This document shows positions 10,910 through 20,635 of a stretch of DNA of 64,000 bases, in pieces; positions within the stretch are counted from its first letter, which is position 1, and each line of letters begins with the position of its first letter. Made by a program: the position numbers and the translations under genes. The notes beneath the pieces are model-generated. The model made no database searches. It saw only the letters and a list, made by a program, of their open reading frames with translations, and was not told where the DNA came from. The stretch covers positions 1,947,362 through 2,011,361 of the forward strand of contig OZ242186.1 of assembly GCA_965205675.1 (NCBI GenBank). Reading direction: 5' to 3'. Source of the stretch: Nitrosopumilus sp. (GTDB lineage: Archaea > Thermoproteota > Nitrososphaeria > Nitrososphaerales > Nitrosopumilaceae).

Positions 10910-12253
10910 AGATTTAATGCAATTTTTAACAAAAACTTTTGCATAATTTGAGCTATCAAAATACAAATGGCCATAAGATGCCATGGTATTATCTTGAATC
11001 AACCCATCTTGATGTTTTTTAATTCCTTCGCCTATTTCTAAAGTATAAGCAAATTTTGAATCAGATGATACAGAATCTAAATGAGAGTAATGAAATTCAT
11101 GTCCTTGAAAGTTGTATGGTTTGTCAGTAATTGGGCTTTTTGAAATAATCTTACCTTTTGTATAATTTAATATCATATTCTTGGTCATTTTAGTTTCAGC
11201 ATCAAATAATCCAATCATTTTGTATTTTTTATTTTTAGATAAAATTGATTTTGTTAGATACATCAACCCTCCACATTCAGCATAAATAGGAATATTATCT
11301 TCAGATAATTTTTTTATTGAGTTTTTCATGATTTGGTTTTTTTCAAGAGAGTTACCTAAAACTTCAGGAAATCCACCGCCAATGTAAAGACCATTACATT
11401 TTGGAATTTTTTTGTCTTTGACAGGACTAAAGAATTTTAATTTTGCACCTTCACGACGTAATGCTTCTAAATTATCTTGATAATAGAAATTAAATGAAGT
11501 GTCAAGCGCAACTCCAATAGTAGTTTTAATTTTTTTATGTACAGGTTTAGATTTTTTAGTAAGATCAAATGAATTTTTTGTTATTTTTATAATTTGATTA
11601 ATATCAATATTTTTTGAAATGATTTTAGATATTTCCTTAATTTGTTTTTTGAGAATTTTACTCTCTAATGTTGAAATTAATCCAAGATGTCTAGAAGACA
11701 TATTCAATGAAGAGTTTTTTGGGACAATGCCAACAATTGGAATTTTAGTTTTTTCTAAAGCACTTCTACACAAAAATTCATGTTTTTTACTTCCTATTTT
11801 GTTAAGAATTATTCCCGAAATACAAGAATTTTTATGAAATTTTAAGAATCCAAGAGCAGTTGCAGCAATAGAACGTGAAGTTTTGCTTGCATCTAAAACT
11901 AGTATCACATGTGATTTAGTTAGTGTAGCTATATGATGAGTGCTAGCATAGTTTGAATTTCCATCAAATCCATCATAGTATCCCATAACACCTTCAATCA
12001 CAGACACATCAGATTTGGAATTAAAAAGAAAACTATTCAATAATTGATTTTGGCCCATAAGCCATGCATCTAAATTGTATGTTTGATTGTTTGAAATACT
12101 TGAAAGATAACTAGGATCAATGTAATCAGGTCCAACTTTAAACGGTTGAACTGACAAACCATTTTTTTGTAAAGCATAAATTATTGAACATGTAATTGAT
12201 GTCTTTCCAACTCCACTAGTAGCACCCGCAATTACAATTCGAGGAATTCTCAA
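10898..12253 (-). CDS. cbiA: Cobyrinate a,c-diamide synthase
   Basis: SGVGKT, KVGPDYID, EGVMG, AECGG, GHEFHYS. Confidence 0.93.
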   Translation of the reverse strand: MRIPRIVIAGATSGVGKTSITCSIIYALQKNGLSVQPFKVGPDYIDPSYLSSISNNQTYNLDAWLMGQNQLLNSFLFNSKSDVSVIEGVMGYYDGFDGNSNYASTHHIATLTKSHVILVLDASKTSRSIAATALGFLKFHKNSCISGIILNKIGSKKHEFLCRSALEKTKIPIVGIVPKNSSLNMSSRHLGLISTLESKILKKQIKEISKIISKNIDINQIIKITKNSFDLTKKSKPVHKKIKTTIGVALDTSFNFYYQDNLEALRREGAKLKFFSPVKDKKIPKCNGLYIGGGFPEVLGNSLEKNQIMKNSIKKLSEDNIPIYAECGGLMYLTKSILSKNKKYKMIGLFDAETKMTKNMILNYTKGKIISKSPITDKPYNFQGHEFHYSHLDSVSSDSKFAYTLEIGEGIKKHQDGLIQDNTMASYGHLYFDSSNYAKVFVKNCIKSSKR

Positions 12254-12338
12254 TTTGTATGACTAGGATTATTTTTTATTTAAATTGATAGATTAGCGAA
12301 TACTCAATGTTTTTAGTTAGATCTATTGAATGTAATTT

Positions 12339-12872
12339 ATGGAAAATGAAGGTTTGACAATTGTTTATACTGGAAAAGGTAAAGGTAAAACAACAGCAGC
12401 TTTAGGAATTGCTTTACGTGCTACAGGGTATGAAAAGAAAATTTGTATGATTCAGTTCATTAAAGGTTCGTGGCATTATGGTGAAATAGATTCATCTAAA
12501 AGACTTGAACCTGAATTTGAAATGATTGCAGTAGGTAAAGGATTTGTAGGAATAATTGACGATAAAAGTCCAAAAGAAGATCACAAAAAAGTAGCAAAAG
12601 AGGCAATTAGAATTAGTAATGAAAAAATTCAATCAGGAAATTATGATATTGTAATTTTAGATGAGATAAACTATGCAGTCAATCTCAATTTGATTTCAGT
12701 AGATGATGTACTGAGTATCATAAAATTAAAACCAAAAAATGTAGATTTGGTATTAACAGGAAATTATGCTAAAGATGAAATCATAGAGATTGCGGATCTA
12801 GTTACAGAAATGAGAGAGATAAAACATCCATTTCAACAAGGAATTAAAGCAAAGAAGGGCATTGATTTCTAG
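12339..12872 (+). CDS. cobO: Cob(I)yrinic acid a,c-diamide adenosyltransferase
   Basis: YTGKGKGKTTAALG, QFIKG, LDEIN, KHPF..G. Confidence 0.93.
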   Translation: MENEGLTIVYTGKGKGKTTAALGIALRATGYEKKICMIQFIKGSWHYGEIDSSKRLEPEFEMIAVGKGFVGIIDDKSPKEDHKKVAKEAIRISNEKIQSGNYDIVILDEINYAVNLNLISVDDVLSIIKLKPKNVDLVLTGNYAKDEIIEIADLVTEMREIKHPFQQGIKAKKGIDF

Positions 12873-12913
12873 TCAGCAAACATTAATTTACACATGAAGA
12901 AGTTTTAGAAGAA

Positions 12914-13711
12914 ATGTCTACTGAAATCCAAGAAATGCCTGAACAGGGTGAAATTATTCTTGCAACAATCACCAAAGTAATGGATCATGGGGCATATGTT
13001 ACACTAGATGAATATGATGATATTCAGGGATTTTTGCATATTTCAGAAATTGCTCCGGGTTGGATTAGATCAGTAAATAGATTTGTCAAAGATGGGGAGA
13101 AAAAAGTTCTTTTAGTAAAAAAAATAAATACTCAAAGAGGGGACATAGATCTTTCGTTAAAACAAGTTTCAAAAGATCAGAAAAAGCAAAAGCTAAAAGA
13201 AGTTAAAAAATTTGAAAAAGGCAAAACACTGTTACAGAATGTTCAAGAAAAAGCAAAATTATCAGATAAAGAAATAGAAAAATTAGAAGATAGTATTTAC
13301 TCAAAATTTGATTCAATTTATGATGCTTTCATATCTATTGGAAGAAATGGAATAGATTCAATAAAAGAATTAAAACTTGCAAAGAAAACTGTGACAGTAA
13401 TTGAGGATATTTGTTCAAAAATTAAACTACCTTCAGTAGAAATTAGAGGCATAATGGAAATTACAAACAACAAATCCGATGGCGTTGAGATAATTAAAAA
13501 AACACTATTAGATGTTATCAAGAAAGATTCTACTGTAGATATTACTTACTTAGGTGCACCAAAATATAGATTGTCAATAACTTCAGAAGATTTCAAATCA
13601 GCTGAGAAATTATTAAAGCCAATTATTGAAGAAGTTGGGAATAACATACAAAAGAAAAAAGGATCATTCAAATTTACAAGAGAAGATTCAAAGAAAACAA
13701 GAGAAAATTAA
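12914..13711 (+). CDS. eif2a: Translation initiation factor 2 alpha
   Basis: S1 domain GAYV.LDEY...HISEI; GAPKYR; followed by nop10. Confidence 0.92.
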   Translation: MSTEIQEMPEQGEIILATITKVMDHGAYVTLDEYDDIQGFLHISEIAPGWIRSVNRFVKDGEKKVLLVKKINTQRGDIDLSLKQVSKDQKKQKLKEVKKFEKGKTLLQNVQEKAKLSDKEIEKLEDSIYSKFDSIYDAFISIGRNGIDSIKELKLAKKTVTVIEDICSKIKLPSVEIRGIMEITNNKSDGVEIIKKTLLDVIKKDSTVDITYLGAPKYRLSITSEDFKSAEKLLKPIIEEVGNNIQKKKGSFKFTREDSKKTREN

Positions 13712-13712
13712 A

Positions 13713-13874
13713 ATGAGATTTTTATTAAGAAAATGCTCAAAATGTAATCATTATACATTAAAAGAAAAATGTCCAAAATGTAGTGAAGAGACTGTTTCTG
13801 TTCATCCTGCTAAATTCTCACCAGACGATAAATACATGAGATATAGATTAGCAGAGAGATATTCAAAAAATTAG
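13713..13874 (+). CDS. nop10: H/ACA RNP protein Nop10
   Basis: MRFLLRKC..C..YTL...CP.C....HPAKFSPDDKY; ATG at 13713. Confidence 0.92.
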   Translation: MRFLLRKCSKCNHYTLKEKCPKCSEETVSVHPAKFSPDDKYMRYRLAERYSKN

Positions 13875-16000
13875 GATGTTGGTTTGTATTCTTTATTAAT
13901 TTCATAGACAAAAACTCCTAACATAGGTCCAATTTTTTCTTCAGTAAAGCCAGGAGAAGCATAAACTAATCTCAATGGTCCATCACCATCAGATGGGAAT
14001 TTGATGTCTTTTTCATAAATTCCAACCATTCCAGGAACATATGTTTTAGATTGTTGATTCAAGTTATTTGGGTTAATATATCCAAGTGGAGAAAATGGGA
14101 ACATTTTACCTAGTACAGTTTCATTCCAAAAATGATCAGTTCCACTTAGTCCATCTGCATGTAGATATTTGGATGCAGAGTACTTTGCTATTTTGATAAA
14201 CCATTGTTTTTTAGATTCATCGCCTCCGCCACCTAATCGGTAAAGAGATTCAGTTTCAACTATGTCTAGTTTTTCACCCACAACAAAAACAAGGACATAA
14301 TCAGCTTTCATATCATTAAGCATATTCCATGCTGAATCTGGATCACTTAGAAACATTTTTGCTATATTTTCAATAATATAACTATGAATTGTTGAGTTAT
14401 CTGTCAATGTTGCTCTATCACTCATTGTAGAAAGCCAATAACCATAATCCCACCAAGACGCAATAACGGAATCTTTAGGAGTGTTATTTTTGATCCAATC
14501 TAGGGTATCAACCCAATCATTAGTGGCAACTCGATAGACAGATCCTCCATTCAAAATTGTAGGAGTTGAATCTACTAGATTGTAAGTTTCTGAACCAACA
14601 GGATATATCATTGGAATCATTAAAAGAATAATAATCCCTGTAATGTATGGTAATTGTATAAATTTACTAATAGACTTGGTAGGTGATGTATTTTTGAACA
14701 GTTCTTTTATTAGTATAGTCAAACCTAATGAAGCTAAAATTATTAATGAAATAGATGCAAATACTTCTAATCTGACAAAAGTAGAACCAACATAAACTCC
14801 TACAAGTCCAATGATAAGTGAAAAAGCCAACATATCATTTTTAATAAAAGATAAGTTTTTGTTTTGAATATTTTTAATTATCAACCAAACACCTAAACCT
14901 GAAAAAATCATCAACACAGAGTTAAACAAAAATGATTGAGATAATGTTGTTGTTGCATGTTCTGAAACAGAATCTACTAGTGGATCAGTAGTAGTCAAAA
15001 ATGGGTTTATCGCATTAAGATATCTATGACTTGGTAAAAAGTCAGAATCAGAATTTAGTATTAATATGCTAGAAGATATAATTAAAATTACAAGTAAAAA
15101 TAATAAACCATTTCTTATTTTATGATTTGAACTCTTCTTTTGTATAAAAATGCAAGATATCAAAAATAATGTAGGAAGTATTAATGAAACCCCACCTAAT
15201 CCAAAAATGAAATTAGAGCTTACACGTTCAAATCCTAAACCAGATATAATTACAGAAATAGTATATACTGGTATAGCCCATAAAATAAATTTATGATCAG
15301 TTCTCAAAAAAGGCAATGCCAAAAAGAAGATACCTATTGGAATAATAAAGAATTGATTACCACCCCAAGCAGAAATAGAAAACGCTGTAAATATTCCTGC
15401 CCCAATTAGTTTAGATAATGCTATTTTTTTATTTTGAGAAGTAATTCCACTTAATAGAAGATAGACTGTTAAAAGACTAAAAAATAATCCCAAAGGTTCT
15501 GATTTAAACCATCCAATAGGGCCTCTAAGTAATATTGAAAATGAAATAGAAAACAATAGAGCAGAAAATAATCCAGCAGTAGTACCACCAATCACTCTAA
15601 CTAATGCAAAAATAACAATAGCTGAAAAAGAGCCAAAAATTATTGGAAATAAGATTGTAAAATCATAAAGATCTATTCCTCCTCCAAAAATCCAGTATGT
15701 TATAGCTGCTGTTAGATGAAGTATTACTTGAGAAGTTGCAGAGATATCTCTGCCGATAGGATACCAGCTAAGATCATCATTCCATTCAAAATATGCAGGA
15801 ATACCATTATCTACAATATACTGAGTTGCTCTATAATTGAAAAAAGGATCAAATTCATTTAATTCAAAGCCATGATCAGCAGGCTGAGAGCGAAGAAGAA
15901 ATGAAATAGTAAATGATAAACTGAGAATTCCAATAATTAAAAGATGATTTAATTTTAAATCAAAACTACCAATAGTAACGAGTTTCGTATTTGTTAACAA
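13871..16000 (-). CDS. aglB: Oligosaccharyltransferase AglB/STT3
   Basis: EFDPFFNYR, SVSEH, WWDYG, many TM helices. Confidence 0.9.
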   Translation of the reverse strand: MLTNTKLVTIGSFDLKLNHLLIIGILSLSFTISFLLRSQPADHGFELNEFDPFFNYRATQYIVDNGIPAYFEWNDDLSWYPIGRDISATSQVILHLTAAITYWIFGGGIDLYDFTILFPIIFGSFSAIVIFALVRVIGGTTAGLFSALLFSISFSILLRGPIGWFKSEPLGLFFSLLTVYLLLSGITSQNKKIALSKLIGAGIFTAFSISAWGGNQFFIIPIGIFFLALPFLRTDHKFILWAIPVYTISVIISGLGFERVSSNFIFGLGGVSLILPTLFLISCIFIQKKSSNHKIRNGLLFLLVILIISSSILILNSDSDFLPSHRYLNAINPFLTTTDPLVDSVSEHATTTLSQSFLFNSVLMIFSGLGVWLIIKNIQNKNLSFIKNDMLAFSLIIGLVGVYVGSTFVRLEVFASISLIILASLGLTILIKELFKNTSPTKSISKFIQLPYITGIIILLMIPMIYPVGSETYNLVDSTPTILNGGSVYRVATNDWVDTLDWIKNNTPKDSVIASWWDYGYWLSTMSDRATLTDNSTIHSYIIENIAKMFLSDPDSAWNMLNDMKADYVLVFVVGEKLDIVETESLYRLGGGGDESKKQWFIKIAKYSASKYLHADGLSGTDHFWNETVLGKMFPFSPLGYINPNNLNQQSKTYVPGMVGIYEKDIKFPSDGDGPLRLVYASPGFTEEKIGPMLGVFVYEINKEYKPTS

Positions 16001-16066
16001 CTAATATTTTTCAAAAAAACTTTTGTTTATTATTCTTTGTATAAAAAATTACAAGCTCATTACAAA

Positions 16067-16519
16067 CTAGGGAGCATATCTTCCTTGAAGTAATGTTTCT
16101 GCGATAATATGGTTTTTCATTACGGATTCAATTTCTTGTTTAGTAGAGCCTTTATTAATAAATAATTTTTGATCTAGTGCATATAGTTTGAAAATATACG
16201 TATGTTCTTTATCAGGTGGTGCAGGTCCACCATAACCAATATCATCAAAATCTGTTTTGCCTTCAATACAACCAGATGGGACGGAATTTTCTTTAAATTC
16301 AGAATTTTTTGGATCTATGTTCCATACAACCCAATGAACCCAAATTTTGCCAACAGCAGCCATCGCATCAGGATCATCCATTATTAAAACAAGAGAAACA
16401 GTATTTTTAGGAATTTTATTTACTTGTAAAGGTGGACTAATGTTTCCATGTTTATATCCATATTTTTGAGGAATAATTTCTCCATTTTGAAATACCTTAC
16501 TTGTTAAGCTTAAAGTCAT
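16067..16519 (-). CDS. YbhB/YbcL (PEBP) family protein
   Basis: DDPDA, WVHW, GYGGPAPP, HTYIFKLYAL. Confidence 0.9.
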   Translation of the reverse strand: MTLSLTSKVFQNGEIIPQKYGYKHGNISPPLQVNKIPKNTVSLVLIMDDPDAMAAVGKIWVHWVVWNIDPKNSEFKENSVPSGCIEGKTDFDDIGYGGPAPPDKEHTYIFKLYALDQKLFINKGSTKQEIESVMKNHIIAETLLQGRYAP

Positions 16520-16553
16520 ACTATAGCGTAAAATATGTTGAAATTAAATATTT

Positions 16554-16937
16554 CTAAGATTCTAAAACAATTTTGTTGTTTGAAAAGGACATTATTGAGC
16601 TTCCATTGTTTTTAATCTGTTTTTTTAATTCTTTATCCATTGTAGCTACAATAACTCTATTTTGGGATACGTAATCAAGTAATTCTTTATCAGCGAAAGA
16701 ACCAAGTATAGGAATTGTTTTAAAATTTTCAATATAATTTAATGTTGATTGGACTGCTTGTTTTTTTTCAGAGTTTTTTTCTAATTCAAGTAATTCATTT
16801 TTTACAACTTGAGGTATAACAAAAGTAATTTGACCAATCTCAACATCAAGACTATCTAAATTTTTAATTCTATGTGTAGCTAGATGAATCAGAAAATTTG
16901 TATCACAGATTACTTCAACCAACGATTCCTGCACCAA
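16554..16937 (-). CDS. PIN-domain protein (Fcf1-like)
   Basis: CDTNFL, V..EL, AD, VATMDKEL; usual position after aIF2-gamma. Confidence 0.85.
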   Translation of the reverse strand: MVQESLVEVICDTNFLIHLATHRIKNLDSLDVEIGQITFVIPQVVKNELLELEKNSEKKQAVQSTLNYIENFKTIPILGSFADKELLDYVSQNRVIVATMDKELKKQIKNNGSSIMSFSNNKIVLES

Positions 16938-18177
16938 TTAATCGCCATCTTTCAGCAATTCGTCTACTAATTGCAACATTGCCACCTTCAAAAATGCATG
17001 CGGGTCTTCTAAGTTCAATTTCAATATTTTTTGATTTGATTTTAGTAACTTTACCCAAAACTGGAGCTGTTCCTATGTTTAATCGAAATAATTCTCCAGA
17101 TGAAATTGGTTGTACTTTAATGTCTTCAGTTGTACCAACAGCAGAATCAAACAAGTTTACTTCTAATTTTAACAAAGTGGAATTTTCAGGAAGAGTACCA
17201 GGTTTGCCAATAACTGAACCAATAAATGAATCACTTCTAGTCATAGCAGGATCTAATTTTGTTCCAATAGCTACCAAACCTCCAGGTTTTATTGATTCAA
17301 CAATTCCTGCAGCAGTTCCTAATGAAGTAATTTCTGTCAATAATGGTTCGTATGTTTTTTTCTTTTCATTTATGATTCCAGGTTTAATTTCGATTTCATC
17401 ACCAATATTAAAAACGCCTTGAGTAAGACTTCCGCCAATAACACCACCTTTGATATCTTTTAGTTTGATTCCAGGTTTGTTTACATCAAAAGAACGTAAA
17501 ACATGCATTACAGTATCAGCTTTTTCATCTCTTTCAGGAGTTTTGATTGTTGATTCAATTGATCCGATTAATGCATCAATGTTTAATCCAGATTGTGCAG
17601 AAATTGGAATTACAGGAGATTTTGCAGCGTGACCTCCTTTAACAAATTTACTGATTTCTTGATAATTTGTAAGAGCTTCTTGATAAGATAATAAATCTAC
17701 TTTATTTTGAACTACGACAATTTGTTGAATGCCAAGAGTTTGAAGTGCCAATAGATGTTCTTTTGTTTGAGGTTTAGGTACTTTCTCATTTGCTGCAGCC
17801 AATAACAATGCACCATCCATCAATGCAGAGCCTGAAAGCATATTTGCCATAAGACTCTCGTGTCCCGGACTATCTACAAAACTGACAACTCTAGATAATT
17901 CACTTTCTTTTCCACAATTATTACATTTTGGAGTTGTGGAATATCCTAATGGTTCTTTACATTTTTTACATTTGTAAAATGCTGCATCAGAATAACCAAC
18001 ACGAATTGTAATACCGCGTTTTAGTTCTTGACTATGTACACTTGTCCAAGAACCAGTTAAAGCTTGGATTAAAGTGGTTTTTCCATGATCCACATGACCA
18101 GCAGTACCAATGTTAACACATGGTTGATAACCATATTTTTTGATATACCAATCGGGAAGAGTTTCTCTCCAATGCAT
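16915..18177 (-). CDS. eif2g: Translation initiation factor 2 gamma
   Basis: GHVDHGKT, RGITIR, DSPGHE, QNKVD, WRLIG. Confidence 0.96.
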   Translation of the reverse strand: MHWRETLPDWYIKKYGYQPCVNIGTAGHVDHGKTTLIQALTGSWTSVHSQELKRGITIRVGYSDAAFYKCKKCKEPLGYSTTPKCNNCGKESELSRVVSFVDSPGHESLMANMLSGSALMDGALLLAAANEKVPKPQTKEHLLALQTLGIQQIVVVQNKVDLLSYQEALTNYQEISKFVKGGHAAKSPVIPISAQSGLNIDALIGSIESTIKTPERDEKADTVMHVLRSFDVNKPGIKLKDIKGGVIGGSLTQGVFNIGDEIEIKPGIINEKKKTYEPLLTEITSLGTAAGIVESIKPGGLVAIGTKLDPAMTRSDSFIGSVIGKPGTLPENSTLLKLEVNLFDSAVGTTEDIKVQPISSGELFRLNIGTAPVLGKVTKIKSKNIEIELRRPACIFEGGNVAISRRIAERWRLIGAGIVG

Positions 18178-18208
18178 GAATCAAAAAATAGAATCGGTAT
18201 ATGTTAAG

Positions 18209-18598
18209 TTATTCTTTTTTATCTTCAGGTTTTTCTTCTGCAGGAGATTCAACTGGTAATTCCCCATTAAATTTGCAATTTACTTGGTAGATTTCTTCAG
18301 ATACCGTATTTCCTCGCATGAGTTTTCTTTTTCGTTGTCCATACTCTGCATCTTGTAAACCAACACCTTTAGAAAGTAAAACTTTTTTTCTTGCAGCACC
18401 ATGAACATCATTTCTCATAGGAACGCCTGATTTGTCACTGCCTCCAGTGAGTTTTAATTTTCCAGTTAGTCCAACAACAGATGCATCAGTTTCATTTCCT
18501 AATTGTAATCCTAACAAAGGATTAGCATCACTGTCTTTGAGTTCTTTTGAAATAGATTTTCCTTTAATATCAGATATTGTAAGTTTAAAATTAGCCAA
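18209..18598 (-). CDS. rps6e: 30S ribosomal protein S6e
   Basis: LKLTGGSDKSGVPMR, GQRKRKLMRGN. Confidence 0.95.
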   Translation of the reverse strand: MANFKLTISDIKGKSISKELKDSDANPLLGLQLGNETDASVVGLTGKLKLTGGSDKSGVPMRNDVHGAARKKVLLSKGVGLQDAEYGQRKRKLMRGNTVSEEIYQVNCKFNGELPVESPAEEKPEDKKE

Positions 18599-18672
18599 TT
18601 ATTCCAAAAAAAAGTTGAACGACTAATTAACCTTTGGACATTATTTTTAAATCAAGATTAACAAAGATAGGC

Positions 18673-18795
18673 ATGGTAGAAGAAATTAGATGTCCAAGGT
18701 GTGATAATAAAATGGTAGATATGCAAGCTTGTCATATGTTTTGTCCGAATTGTGGAGCTCATTTAGATTGTTCAGATAAAGGGAATTATTGGTAA
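18673..18795 (+). CDS. 40-aa CPxC Zn-finger microprotein
   Basis: Hand-read MVEEIRCPRCDNKMVDMQACHMFCPNCGAHLDCSDKGNYW. Confidence 0.7.
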   Translation: MVEEIRCPRCDNKMVDMQACHMFCPNCGAHLDCSDKGNYW

Positions 18796-18969
18796 TTAAA
18801 TACCGGGTCTATCAGGAATATATTCTGACGACATATTGATTGCTTGATCTTTCATGATTTCAAGATATGTTTCATAATCTGCTTCAAAATTGCAATGAGG
18901 GCATTTTACATTAGTTACATCATCATCTAATACAGCAACTTTTTCACACTCAGGGCATCTTGCATCCAT
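18796..18969 (-). CDS. 57-aa Zn-finger microprotein
   Basis: Hand-read MDARCPECEKVAVLDDDVTNVKCPHCNFEADYETYLEIMKDQAINMSSEYIPDRPGI. Confidence 0.7.
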   Translation of the reverse strand: MDARCPECEKVAVLDDDVTNVKCPHCNFEADYETYLEIMKDQAINMSSEYIPDRPGI

Positions 18970-19021
18970 ACTTTGAATTATCAGTCAAGATATTTAATCA
19001 TAGTTGACGAATTTGATTTAA

Positions 19022-19095
19022 GCGGAGTTAGTTTAGTCTGGTATGACGTCAGCTTCCCAAGCTGAAGGCCGCGGGTTCAAATCCCGCACTCCGCA
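19022..19095 (+). tRNA. tRNA-Gly (CCC), no intron, CCA not encoded
   Basis: Acceptor GCGGAGT/ACTCCGC, anticodon arm TCAGC-TTCCCAA-GCTGA, T-loop GTTCAAATC. Confidence 0.95.
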
Positions 19096-20058
19096 TTATA
19101 ATTCTCTAATCGCTTGTTCTATGATTCCTCTATCAGGAGCTTTTGGATAATATTTCAAATAATTTTTAAGATCGTCTTTTGCATCAGAATTTTTGTTTTG
19201 TTTTTCTCTGAGATAAGCACGATTTTTGTAAATTTTAGCAGATCTTTTTGAATCAATTTCTATAGCTTTGGTGTAATAATTTTCTGCCTTTTCAAATTCA
19301 TTAGTTTTAAGATAAAAATTTCCTAGACCATTATAAGTCAAATATGACTTGTTGTTAATTTCTAAACATTTTTTATAATACTTTATACAATCAGGAGAGT
19401 TTTGGGAATTTAACATTGTACCCAATAAATTTAAAGCAGTCGAATTATTTACATCAATTTCTAGAGCCTGTTTTAATGATTGAAGAGCTTCAGTGATATT
19501 TTTTAGAATATTTTGTTTTTCAGAAATAAGACATAATCGATTTGCTTTATCATTGGATATATTTTCAAGATTTGTTGATGATAAAATCTCTGATGGTGCT
19601 AAAATTATCAATAATTTCCCTTCTTCAGACCATTCTTTTTCAAAAATATCTTGAGGTATTACTCCTTCTTGCTGTTCACCTTCATGATTACCTTTTTGAA
19701 TATAATGTAAAATTGTTTTTTCATTTTGATCATATCCAGTAATTACAGAAGCATGTTGTGTAATTTCAGGAATCCCTGGAAGAATAACAATAGGAGGAAT
19801 TCCCAAGTCAATAAATTTTTTTAGTTCTGTTATAGACGAATGGATTATTCTGCATGTTAAACCATGTCTTTCAGCAATTTCTATTCCTTCAATTAGAATA
19901 CTACCATCAAATCCAGAATATTTTTTAGCAGATTCTATGGCTTCAACCATAGGCAAATCAATATTCCAATATTTAGAAATTACATTAATTGGTAATGGGA
20001 GACAGATATTTTCATCTTCAACAAGTGGTAAAAATAATTCATGACTTTCCTCATCCAT
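19096..20058 (-). CDS. C39-like cysteine peptidase fused to TPR repeats
   Basis: N-terminal Cys (ENICLP), HASVITGYD, C-terminal TPR motifs. Confidence 0.7.
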   Translation of the reverse strand: MDEESHELFLPLVEDENICLPLPINVISKYWNIDLPMVEAIESAKKYSGFDGSILIEGIEIAERHGLTCRIIHSSITELKKFIDLGIPPIVILPGIPEITQHASVITGYDQNEKTILHYIQKGNHEGEQQEGVIPQDIFEKEWSEEGKLLIILAPSEILSSTNLENISNDKANRLCLISEKQNILKNITEALQSLKQALEIDVNNSTALNLLGTMLNSQNSPDCIKYYKKCLEINNKSYLTYNGLGNFYLKTNEFEKAENYYTKAIEIDSKRSAKIYKNRAYLREKQNKNSDAKDDLKNYLKYYPKAPDRGIIEQAIREL

Positions 20059-20092
20059 AAAATAAAGAAATTTTGGGAGTTATTAAAATCAA

Positions 20093-20635
20093 TCAAAGAG
20101 TGCAGAATTTCTCAATTAAATTATTACCATCTTGACTCATTTCAGGATGAAATTGGGTTCCAAAAATTGGTTTTTTCTTATATTGAATAATTTCATATTT
20201 ACAGTTATTTGATTTAGCAAGTGAGATCAAACTACTAGGTAATTTTGAGATCTCATAACTATGACTTTCAAATACATCTAAAGAATTGTTGCAAAGGGAA
20301 TTGTCAGCTATGATCTGAATTGACTCGATTCCTTTTTGAAGATCAATAGTTTTTCTGATCGTGCCTCCCAATGTTAATGCTAAAATTTCTGCACCATAAC
20401 AAATTCCTAATAATTTATGATTATTTTTAACACAATATGTAATGATTTTAGAATTTATTTCGTTAATTTTTTTTTCATTTTTCCTACGTCCAGATAAAAT
20501 AAAAGAATCATAATTTGAAAGTAAATTCAAGTTTAAAAGTTGTGGAAGTCGTTTTTCAAATAAGATTTTTTTTTCAATTAAGAAATCAGTTAACTGTTTT
20601 GTATAGGTAGAACCATTATCTACAACAAGAAGCAA
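20093..20635 (-). CDS. Class I glutamine amidotransferase (GMP synthase A-like)
   Basis: VDNGS, GICYG, QFHPE. Confidence 0.88.
   Translation of the reverse strand: MLLVVDNGSTYTKQLTDFLIEKKILFEKRLPQLLNLNLLSNYDSFILSGRRKNEKKINEINSKIITYCVKNNHKLLGICYGAEILALTLGGTIRKTIDLQKGIESIQIIADNSLCNNSLDVFESHSYEISKLPSSLISLAKSNNCKYEIIQYKKKPIFGTQFHPEMSQDGNNLIEKFCTL

Noticed and set aside
7357-12872. Cobalamin genes split into two clusters (second at 33300-35424)
   Set aside because: B12 synthesis is a well-known trait of ammonia-oxidising archaea
13626-13712. N-terminal extension of Nop10 in the ORF track
   Set aside because: Overlaps aIF2-alpha; the Nop10 motif begins at ATG 13713
16898-17422. Long antisense ORFs (also 8455-8808, 9088-9504, 38748-39092, 53994-54308)
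   Set aside because: Shadows of well-supported genes on the opposite strand, with no motifs
19022-19095. tRNA-Gly as an integration site
   Set aside because: No duplicated tRNA 3' end noticed and no integrase; the flanks look core
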